Shown: positions 8,197 to 14,995 of the stretch, piece by piece | Numbering within the stretch: position 1 is the stretch's first letter | How the letters are laid out: each line of letters opens with the position of its first letter | DNA from: a virus | Taxonomy: Duplodnaviria; Heunggongvirae; Uroviricota; Caudoviricetes | Direction: 5' to 3' (one strand) | IMG/VR virus record: IMGVR_UViG_2526164662_000035 | Span: 1-19,618 of that record | Length of the DNA: 19,618 nt | The notes under the pieces: generated by a model | Database searches by the model: none | What the model was told of the DNA's origin: nothing | Seen by the model: the letters and a program-made list of their open reading frames with translations, nothing else | Program-made: the position numbers and the translations under genes

Positions 8197-8504
8197 CACG
8201 TGAAAGGAACTTGTTCGACAAATAATAGATTGATTTTTAATCAACAATTTCTGATAGTGCTCTGTAAGCCACATTACACAAGGCGCAGCGAAAGTGATGT
8301 AAAAGTGAAGAAAGCTAACATTGCACTTTTAAGCTACTTTTCATTGAATTTTTAGTATGGAATTACATAGGGATTAATCATCAATTAATCTTGAATTTAA
8401 GCCTGTTTTAGATGTTTAATTTTTGATAGCAAGAAACACTTTTAGAAGATCATTGCACAGATGTTATGTGATAAATGGATGTAACGGTAGGTCACTGTGA
8501 ACTA

Positions 8505-8641
8505 CCCCCCACAGAATTCTGTTATCCTTAACTTTTAAAGAAATATGCACCCTAACAGAAAACTGTTACCCCAACCCTAACAGAATTATGTTAGACACCC
8601 CCACAGAAAACTGTTAGCCACCCCTACAGAATTTTGTTACC
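8505..8641. repeat. five iterons (consensus CCC-N-ACAGAA-WWNTGTTA-NCC): candidate replication origin
   Basis: The copies are acagaattctgtta (8511), acagaaaactgtta (8555), acagaattatgtta (8580), acagaaaactgtta (8603) and acagaattttgtta (8626). Spacings are 44, 25, 23 and 23 bp, and each copy follows a C-run. A strongly AT-rich stretch follows at 8642-8710. Confidence 0.8.
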
Positions 8642-8711
8642 TATTAGATCAACTATCAAACTACAATTAAATTATCTTTTATAAATTCTTTTATCTTTAA
8701 AGAATAATTAT

Positions 8712-8746
8712 AGGGATACCCGTTAGGGGAGTCTTCGACTATCCCT
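8712..8746. other. compact multi-hairpin element next to the iterons and AT-rich tract
   Basis: An outer stem agggata/tatccct encloses ccc-gtta-ggg and agtc-ttc-gact hairpins. This was read directly from the sequence and the function is unknown. Confidence 0.4.
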
Positions 8747-9500
8747 TAATCTATTGGCATTCGCCAGAACCTTGCACAAGTTAGAGTGTTAGTCGTTAGA
8801 CTGCTTGTCATAACACATAGTTTTTTGTTTGTTGATGTTAGTTAGTAGATCTATGTTCGCTAATGCCGCTCACAACGAATATGTAATCTACTATGTGCAA
8901 ATAGCCTACGGCTTGCGTAAGGCTAAATAGTCTTGCGCTGTGCGCAGAACGATAATTAACTAACTACCATCTAACGATCATCAATCTATTTAAGAGAAAA
9001 TCTATTGTGCAATACTCTGACGAGTGCAATAACCTTGTGTGCTACGCGTTAGCGATGTTAGCACATAGACACAGACAACAACCAACAACAAACAAAAAGA
9101 ATGGTTTTAGTAGTTGAAGGTTAAATAAGATTCTACCGCTTAAATCAAGCCGTAGGCGAGCTAAACGTATATAAGGTAGGGAAACACTTAGCGGTAATAG
9201 ATTAGCTCGTTATAGAGTTTCTGAGAGCTTTGCAGGTATTTTATAAGATGTCTGAAATTAGATTTTATCTATCATCATCTTCCCATATACCTAACAAATA
9301 CAAAATAACCCCCTTAAATAAGCCTCTGGCGAGCTAAACAGCCATTACATAAGGGAATGTATTGTTTTTATCAAAACCTCGTTAGAACGCGTTTTAGAGC
9401 GTTTTAGACAATAATAAAGAATAGCACTACACATGAGAGCACGAATTGCTAAGAAATATCATAACTTACTGAAAATGATCAATATTTATATGGATAGGGG

Positions 9501-9529
9501 TTGACAAAAGCTTTTAGTCGTGGTAAAGT
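9501..9529 (+). promoter_or_regulatory. sigma-70-type promoter of the early operon
   Basis: TTGACA (9501-9506) and TAAAGT (9524-9529) are separated by a 17-bp spacer. This is the only near-consensus -35 element upstream of the 9650 operon. Confidence 0.55.
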
Positions 9530-9539
9530 AATATTAGGG

Positions 9540-9558
9540 ACAGAAAACATTCTTATCC
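9540..9558 (+). promoter_or_regulatory. iteron-like sequence overlapping the predicted transcription start (candidate autoregulatory operator)
   Basis: acagaaaacattcttatcc shares acagaaaac with iterons 2 and 4 and ...ttatcc with iteron 1. It lies 11 nt downstream of the -10 element. Confidence 0.4.
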
Positions 9559-9582
9559 TCTAAGTAATTAAACCAATGCACC

Positions 9583-9624
9583 GCACTTTGAAGCCCAAGG
9601 CTTGCAAGGTGTCTTTTTCTTTTA
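9583..9624 (+). terminator. intrinsic-terminator-like hairpin and U-tract in the leader of the early operon (attenuator candidate)
   Basis: The stem pairs 9584-9595 with 9599-9611 (aagcc/ggctt plus 7 more pairs, one bulged G, loop caa). It is followed by tctttttctttt. It lies between the promoter and the AGGAGG RBS at about 9637. Confidence 0.55.
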
Positions 9625-9649
9625 ACCAAATAGAATAGGAGGTTAATTA

Positions 9650-9850
9650 ATGAAGTATTACACTCCACAGGATGTAATCGAAGCCTGGAAACGTGGTGAG
9701 ATCAATCGTTTTAAAGTAAGGATGAACAGGAACACAGCGCGACGCTGTGGTTATCCAGAGCGTGAAAAATGCTTTGACGATGCACTAAAAATTATTGATG
9801 AATTAAGAAAAAATGAAAAAGGATCTGAAAAAGAATCTGAAACAGAGTAA
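9650..9850 (+). CDS. hypothetical protein (66 aa), first gene of the early operon
   Basis: A strong AGGAGG SD lies 7 nt upstream. The protein has a charged C-terminal tail and no motif I recognise. Confidence 0.6.
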   Translation: MKYYTPQDVIEAWKRGEINRFKVRMNRNTARRCGYPEREKCFDDALKIIDELRKNEKGSEKESETE

Positions 9851-9869
9851 AGAAGAGAAGGAGAAAACT

Positions 9870-10040
9870 ATGAGCGAAACTACAGAAAAGAAAAGACAAC
9901 CACGCACTTGCTTTCATATTCCTGATGAAGTATTTCAGGTGTTGTTTAAAGAAGCCAGAAGTAAACGTATCACTGTTACAGATTACATTCTTGATATGTT
10001 GAAAAGAGAGGCTGAAACACTCTCAAACAAAAGCAAGTGA
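9870..10040 (+). CDS. putative ribbon-helix-helix (CopG/Arc-like) DNA-binding protein (56 aa)
   Basis: The start at ATG 9870 follows GAAGGAG. The sequence RTCFHIPDEVFQVLFKEARSKRITVTDYILDMLKRE fits a beta-alpha-alpha RHH layout. The longer ORF from 9813 overlaps the previous gene and lacks an SD. Confidence 0.55.
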   Translation: MSETTEKKRQPRTCFHIPDEVFQVLFKEARSKRITVTDYILDMLKREAETLSNKSK

Positions 10041-10093
10041 TTTTTATCACCATAGTAGCGCCGTAGAGCGTGATTACATCAAGGAGATTTTTA

Positions 10094-10663
10094 ATGATTA
10101 ATGAAGAACAATTTGTAAAAGTTCCTATGTGGATTCTAAAAATAAGCCAAGTAAACGGGCATAAATTTACAGATAGTGCTAAAAACCTTTACTGCTATTT
10201 GAGAGGGTTTGATCGTGCATTTCCCTCTTACGCTAAGATAGGCGATGTTTTTGGCATAACACCAAGAGCAGCAGAAGAAAGGGTTAAGAAATTGCTCGAA
10301 ATGGGATTAATTATAAAAGATGCACGACCAGGAAGCTCTAACCTTTATCGAGTGCTTGATATTCCAAAAGGAGAATCATCACTACCTGATCCTTCTGAGA
10401 AAGAAGACGAATCTAATGAAATATTGAATGTTTCCGAAATCATCGTTGAAGAAGAAACACAGGAATCAGAGTTCCCTGAGCGGCCCGAAATTTTTACTTG
10501 GCTTCTTTCCCTTGATAAGAAGAAACCACCGCACGAAGAAACAGAAGATTTTGTAAAACGTGCATTAGATTCAAAGAATATCTATCTTGAGAAACAGGCT
10601 TTTCACGATCTGATAATATCTCTAAGAGAAAAAAGTGAAATATACGATTCAATACCATTCTAA
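10094..10663 (+). CDS. winged-helix DNA-binding protein, candidate replication initiator / iteron-binding protein (189 aa)
   Basis: The start at 10094 follows AAGGAG. FVKVPMWILK...AKNLYCYLRGFDRAFPSYAKIGDVFGITPRAAEERVKKLLEMGLII resembles the N-terminal wHTH of phage/plasmid Rep and replication-O-type proteins, followed by an acidic linker. It lies downstream of the iterons. The functional call is an inference. Confidence 0.55.
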   Translation: MINEEQFVKVPMWILKISQVNGHKFTDSAKNLYCYLRGFDRAFPSYAKIGDVFGITPRAAEERVKKLLEMGLIIKDARPGSSNLYRVLDIPKGESSLPDPSEKEDESNEILNVSEIIVEEETQESEFPERPEIFTWLLSLDKKKPPHEETEDFVKRALDSKNIYLEKQAFHDLIISLREKSEIYDSIPF

Positions 10664-10672
10664 GGAGAATAA

Positions 10673-10942
10673 ATGACTTATAACATCACTATAGGAAACA
10701 AAACTATTGAAATAACTGAAAGCGGATACAACATTTTAAAAGCTATTTTGGACATAGAGTTCTCACCCCCGACAGTGGTTAGCTTTTGTAGTTTAGGCGG
10801 CTACAGCGCACAACATGTGAATCATTGGTTAAACCATTTTACATCGTTCGGTGTGCTGGATTATGAAGGGATTAACCACACTACATTTCGTCTTTTGAAA
10901 TTAAACAAAGATTTTGAATTGTTTATCACAAACAATCAATAA
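10673..10942 (+). CDS. hypothetical protein (89 aa)
   Basis: An AAGGAG SD is present and the gene is tightly packed after the previous one. No motif recognised. Confidence 0.55.
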   Translation: MTYNITIGNKTIEITESGYNILKAILDIEFSPPTVVSFCSLGGYSAQHVNHWLNHFTSFGVLDYEGINHTTFRLLKLNKDFELFITNNQ

Positions 10943-11038
10943 CAACAGATCGGGCAATACATATGGCAAATGCATTTATGGCGATATTCATCGTAACAAT
11001 GGTATCAAGTTTTTATAATCCACATAAAAAGAGAGAAA

Positions 11039-11422
11039 ATGGGAAGAAAGAAAAAGAACAACTTAAAACGTATTGAAAAAAACAGTAACTTCAATTCAAC
11101 AAGACAACGTCCACCGACACACACCAATAACGAAATTCCAGGGGAAGAGATAATATTTATTCTTGAAACAGAATCCCCTGAAATAAGCGATGAAGAACAA
11201 GAAATAATCAAATCAATGCCAGGCGTTTACTTTCGCCCAAGAACAAGAAAACAAACAATAATTTCTGATGGCACTCTGAAACGTTGGCAGCTTTTAGGGT
11301 TTAGCTCCTATCATCATTTTTTGGGATTTAACGCTTTCAATAATTGTGTAGGTGGTGCATCGGAAGTCGATCTGATGGCTCATTTAGAAGCTACATTAGC
11401 TTCTAACAAACGCTCTAACTAA
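11039..11422 (+). CDS. hypothetical protein (127 aa) with a basic N-terminus and an acidic middle
   Basis: The ORF is on the operon strand and starts MGRKKKNNLKRIEK.... No motif recognised. Confidence 0.5.
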   Translation: MGRKKKNNLKRIEKNSNFNSTRQRPPTHTNNEIPGEEIIFILETESPEISDEEQEIIKSMPGVYFRPRTRKQTIISDGTLKRWQLLGFSSYHHFLGFNAFNNCVGGASEVDLMAHLEATLASNKRSN

Positions 11423-11437
11423 TAAAAGGATGGTCGT

Positions 11438-11683
11438 ATGTATAAGCGCCCAATGAAAATATTCGAAAAAGGAAAAATAATGATTGGCTATATTCAAGAA
11501 ACACAATTATTTCAGATGATCCTGTCTGATGCAAAAAACTATGCTGAGTTAATCCGACTGGCAAAAGAAACAGAAGACTACGAAGCATTAGAGCGTTATC
11601 GTGATGAAGTGCTGACGCTCAAGACACCTTTTAACATCGTATTGAATATGATTAATGATGCATTACAAGGAGAAGCCGCATAA
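11438..11683 (+). CDS. hypothetical protein (81 aa)
   Basis: An AAGGA SD is present, and the stop overlaps the next start (ATAATG at 11680-11685). Confidence 0.55.
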   Translation: MYKRPMKIFEKGKIMIGYIQETQLFQMILSDAKNYAELIRLAKETEDYEALERYRDEVLTLKTPFNIVLNMINDALQGEAA

Positions 11684-11991
11684 TGGAAGAAGATATTAGC
11701 AATGCAATGGAACAACTTTTAGATCTGACTATCTCACTACAAACAAGAATAAATCAAGCCTATTCAGATTTATGCGATTACACGCTCTCTCAATGCGTTA
11801 TTAGCTTAATGAAGGTGAATGTAAGCCTTGACGATTTTATCTCTCTGGTGAGCGATTTAGAGCTAATTGAGGACGATGCCAAGATGTGCACTCAAACCAT
11901 CACAGACACCGCCAGCACGTTAAAGGCTGCAAGTGAAGAGATTCAGCAATTAGTAGATGATTTAGCAAAAAGTGCTATTCCCTCTAAATGA
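11683..11991 (+). CDS. hypothetical acidic helical protein (102 aa), last gene of the early operon
   Basis: It is translationally coupled to the previous ORF. No motif recognised. Confidence 0.55.
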   Translation: MEEDISNAMEQLLDLTISLQTRINQAYSDLCDYTLSQCVISLMKVNVSLDDFISLVSDLELIEDDAKMCTQTITDTASTLKAASEEIQQLVDDLAKSAIPSK

Positions 11992-12263
11992 TAATGAAAA
12001 TCATTTGCATTTATATAATAAAAATGTTATATTTGTATTAAGGGTAGATAAAAAGGTTTTGACTGGTGTTAATCCTTCTACTGTCATAAATCCCTGCATA
12101 TGGAAGGTGATAGCCTCAAGGGTTGAGTGGCATTAACCTCTAACAAATATTACCTTCCATCTCTCAAGAAGTTTTAGAATAATCATAACTCCCTCTTTGA
12201 TTGTTGATTGTTTCTACGTTGTGTTGATGAATGTTGTTAGGCATTGTGCTTAATTTTGATAAA

Positions 12264-12308
12264 AGCGGGTAGGTGTTATCTCCTTGCCCTTCCCGCTCTT
12301 ATTTTTCA
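12264..12308 (+). terminator. possible terminator after the early operon
   Basis: agcggg (12264-12269) pairs with cccgct (12292-12297) and is followed by cttatttttc. The loop is long (22 nt), so confidence is moderate to low. Confidence 0.35.
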
Positions 12309-12734
12309 TCTATGCTTATCCTAAAGCTCCTTATTTTGTCCGAAAACATTAAAGAGCCTTACACTGATAGTTATATTTTATAACTATTTACTAACATCAT
12401 TAAACTCTTATTTAATGACAGAAGTTAGTAACAGAATAATCTATTAAGTTGTTGTCAAAAAACTATCATCTGCATAGCGTTAGCCGCAAGCAGAGAGAGT
12501 TTAGCTAAGAATTGTGCAATAACCTTTGGAAATATTGATAGCAAAACGGGTTTTATAGACTGCAAATCTATAATCTTTGGTTGTAAAAACGCTTTTTCTG
12601 AAACGGTAGATTATTGTTGGTGTAGTTAATCCCTATTAAAATTTAATCTGTGAGTAGATTGGAATAGTGATTCCTTAAAATCTGACTGGTGCATCCACAC
12701 CATGAAAGATAGCGGTTAGCCACCGCACCCGAAT

Positions 12735-12790
12735 AGATATTCCTGATTGATTCCGCATGTTTTCCTAAGAGCATGTTTTCAGGAATATCT
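12735..12790. repeat. 12-bp perfect inverted repeat with a 32-nt spacer
   Basis: agatattcctga (12735-12746) pairs with tcaggaatatct (12779-12790). The spacer contains two copies of gcatgttttc, and a third agcatgttt lies near 12815. Confidence 0.85.
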
Positions 12791-12894
12791 GTTCACCCTT
12801 TAAACCTATCTTTAAGCATGTTTAATAAGCATTCTTAGAGATACGTTTAAAACCTCCTCAAGGTTTTACTTATCGCTGTGTATTGCCCGACACG

Positions 12895-12954
12895 TTAATA
12901 AATCCCCCTCGCTATTCTCAGATTGAACCTCTTATAGCCTGGGGGATTTATTAA
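12895..12954. repeat. 14-bp perfect inverted repeat with a 32-nt spacer, about 30 nt upstream of the capsid-module first ORF
   Basis: ttaataaatccccc (12895-12908) pairs with gggggatttattaa (12941-12954). Confidence 0.85.
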
Positions 12955-12982
12955 ATTCCAACATAATGGAATCGTTATATAA

Positions 12983-13192
12983 ATGAAACAAGAAATTATC
13001 CTGAAATATGGCAATGAAAAGTTAACACTAACTGAAGATGTGTTGAATGCTACAGCCTACGCGCTTGGTATCACTCCCACAGAATTAAAGAAACAGTGTG
13101 AACGTCTTTATAAGGCTGAAAGCAATAAACCATCTCACCAAGATTTGATTAATGCTAAAGCTCAACAAATCAAACAATCTAAGGAAAAATAA
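12983..13192 (+). CDS. hypothetical protein (69 aa) preceding the head genes
   Basis: The ORF is on the strand of the structural genes, and its stop overlaps the next start (TAATG at 13189-13194). No obvious SD is present. Confidence 0.45.
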   Translation: MKQEIILKYGNEKLTLTEDVLNATAYALGITPTELKKQCERLYKAESNKPSHQDLINAKAQQIKQSKEK

Positions 13193-13566
13193 TGGCTATT
13201 TTAAAATTAAGCGATGTTTTCCTACATCGTAAAAGCATCACTGACGTAGTGAGCTATGCAACCGACCCTTACGCGGCTGTAGAAAGCAAAAAATTTGCAG
13301 CACTTGCACAAGATGTAACGTGCGGCGACCTCATTGATTCATCCGGCGCTAAATATGTTAGCGGCGCTGATGTTCTTGTCGTTGTGTCTGACTTCGTAAC
13401 TGCTGATTCAAATAAAACAGTTAACGTGCTTCGTGCTAATGCCGGACTCGTTTGCATCAAAGCTGATGCCCTGAATGCCGAAGGCGCTGTAAAAGAAGCT
13501 GCTATTGCAGCTCTCGCTGCTAAAGGCTTCCAGCTTGAAGGCTTCCACTCTGTTTTCACATCTTAA
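13192..13566 (+). CDS. putative head decoration protein (lambda gpD-like position and size, 124 aa)
   Basis: The protein is small and Ala/Val/Gly-rich and sits immediately upstream of a gpE-like major capsid gene, mirroring the lambda D-E order. The call rests mainly on synteny and composition. Confidence 0.5.
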   Translation: MAILKLSDVFLHRKSITDVVSYATDPYAAVESKKFAALAQDVTCGDLIDSSGAKYVSGADVLVVVSDFVTADSNKTVNVLRANAGLVCIKADALNAEGAVKEAAIAALAAKGFQLEGFHSVFTS

Positions 13567-13582
13567 GAAGGAATAAATAATA

Positions 13583-14611
13583 ATGATTATCGGAAATGAA
13601 GTGGTTGATCTTGCTCCACTGTTCGAATTAAACGACTCACGCAATTACCTACTGTCTACTCTGGATTTTACTGATCCTGTGCCTGTAGAAAGTCACAAAG
13701 TGGCTGTTTCCCAGCTTATCGAGAGCAATGAATCTCTGTTCAACCATCCTACAAGCCGTTTTAGCTCTGAGCATAACGTTACTAAGCGTGAGAACGGGGA
13801 AGAATATCTTATTGAAATCCCGTACTTTTTAAGGGAAGACCTGATCAAACCGCAGGACGTGCAAGGCAAACGCAAAGCCGGAAGCTCTATTGAAGAAACA
13901 CTGCCGGATCTGTATGCGGAATATATCGCTAAACACAATGTTGCATTCCAGCGCACTAAAGAAAGCATCCTCGCGGCTTCTCTGTTCTCTGGCAAGACAC
14001 ACACCCCGAAAACTGACGATGTTCTGATCGATTACAGCACTCTGTTCGGTGTGTCTCCAATGACTGCAACCGTTGACGCATCCAGCACCAACACAATGAC
14101 CGTATTCAAGCAATTTGATCAGATGCATACGGATATGATTGCTAAGGCACAAAGCCAGGCTGCAACCATTGAGCGTGTTGTTGTGTTCTGTAAACCTGCG
14201 GCATTCAACGCTATTCGTTACAGCGTTGGCATGGTTAATGCGTTCCAGTATGCAAGCCCTGTAGACGATGCAAACGTGGTGTTTAATGTGCGTTCTCTGC
14301 TGCCTGGTGTAACTACTTTCACCATTCCAGGAACTAACATTGACCTGATCAAAGTGACTGATCCGCTGCTGCTGGCACATATGACCGCTGACGCTGTAGC
14401 TATTCCTAAACTTGCTAAGGGGGCAGGTGTTTACCAAGCTATTTTTGGTGCGCCTTCCAGTTCATTCGATCTGCTGTCTCAAGGCGCTAAAGAGTATTAC
14501 AGCTATGCTTTCGAATCGAATCGCGGCGACGCAGTGCACGTAGTGACCGAGAATAGCTCGCTTGTGGTTAACCACGGTGTTGGCTTCTCTGTGCAGATCA
14601 CAGTAGCGTAA
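13583..14611 (+). CDS. major capsid protein, lambda gpE-like (Phage_cap_E-type), 342 aa
   Basis: Its length is nearly the same as lambda gpE (341 aa). The N-terminal NYLLSTLDF...VESHKVAV and IEIPYFLREDLIKPQDVQGKR segments follow the pattern of E-family capsids as I recall them. The C-terminal ...GFSVQITVA resembles lambda ...FVSVQLA. A GAAGGA SD is present. Confidence 0.72.
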   Translation: MIIGNEVVDLAPLFELNDSRNYLLSTLDFTDPVPVESHKVAVSQLIESNESLFNHPTSRFSSEHNVTKRENGEEYLIEIPYFLREDLIKPQDVQGKRKAGSSIEETLPDLYAEYIAKHNVAFQRTKESILAASLFSGKTHTPKTDDVLIDYSTLFGVSPMTATVDASSTNTMTVFKQFDQMHTDMIAKAQSQAATIERVVVFCKPAAFNAIRYSVGMVNAFQYASPVDDANVVFNVRSLLPGVTTFTIPGTNIDLIKVTDPLLLAHMTADAVAIPKLAKGAGVYQAIFGAPSSSFDLLSQGAKEYYSYAFESNRGDAVHVVTENSSLVVNHGVGFSVQITVA

Positions 14612-14621
14612 AAAGTGTTAA

Positions 14622-14720
14622 AGACGTTCCCCTACGTCTGGAAATAATCGGGGCAATAAGGGTAAGGGATAATCATATAAGCAAAATATGCGCTGTCTCT
14701 TGCCCTTTTTGTTTTTCTAC
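14622..14720 (+). terminator. hairpin(s) and a long T-tract downstream of the capsid gene
   Basis: A perfect hairpin agacgt/acgtct lies at 14622-14639. In addition, gggcaa (14651-14656) pairs with ttgccc (14700-14705) and is followed by tttttgttttt. The second stem has a very long loop. Confidence 0.35.
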
Positions 14721-14763
14721 TGTCTACAAACCTAAATAAAAATATATATGTGAGAGAAAACCA

Positions 14764-14961
14764 ATGAACACAGAAAATTCACAGGCATTAATTCTTAAAT
14801 CTGTAAAAGAACTGGCAGCTATTAGCGATGACTCAATAATCAATGTCAGTGCCTTATGCAGAATGCTTTCAATTGATGCAAATAATGTGCGTCAGCGTGT
14901 CTTTCAGACTGGATGTAGCACTTTCGAAGCAATCCAATATTATTGCTCTAAAAAACAATAA
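14764..14961 (+). CDS. hypothetical small protein (65 aa), possibly HTH-like
   Basis: The ORF lies between the capsid and tape-measure-like genes and has a weak GAGAG SD. No firm motif recognised. Confidence 0.45.
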   Translation: MNTENSQALILKSVKELAAISDDSIINVSALCRMLSIDANNVRQRVFQTGCSTFEAIQYYCSKKQ

Positions 14962-14995
14962 CAAATAACAATCATAATACAGGGAAACAATTAAC

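Noticed and set aside
8505-8641. Whether the five repeats are a CRISPR array
   Set aside because: The repeat period is about 23 bp with essentially no unique spacers, the repeats are imperfect, and no cas genes are present. The pattern fits iterons rather than CRISPR.
9017-9023. CUGACGA string resembling the hammerhead ribozyme CUGANGA core
   Set aside because: No GAAA element, no appropriately placed stems and no NUH cleavage site could be found around it.
8822-9098. The segment between the 13-nt inverted repeats as an invertible promoter switch
   Set aside because: The repeat arms are A/C- and T/G-rich low-complexity sequence. No promoter was identified inside and no invertase-type site is present. 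I kept it only as part of the ncRNA/structure finding.
9368-9388. ttatcaaaacctcgttagaa as a hix/gix-like invertase site, possibly paired with gtcaaaacc (reverse complement, about 12050) or aaaacct-cctca-aggtttt (12849-12867)
   Set aside because: Only one half-site resembles hix. The shared 9-mer could be chance. The 12849 dyad has a 5-nt rather than a 2-nt core. The element's recombinase also looks like a resolvase rather than an invertase.
9813-9869. Upstream extension of the RHH-like gene (75-aa version starting at 9813)
   Set aside because: The extension overlaps the end of the previous ORF and has no SD. The ATG at 9870 has GAAGGAG at ideal spacing.
11005-11211. Minus-strand 68-aa ORF opposite 11039-11422
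   Set aside because: It is an antisense shadow with a low-complexity Ile/Phe/Ser-rich translation.
11992-12982. Lambda cosN (GGGCGGCGACCT) or a P2/P4-type cos sequence
   Set aside because: Scanning by eye found no match, so a cos site cannot be claimed. An unrelated pac or cos site is still possible.
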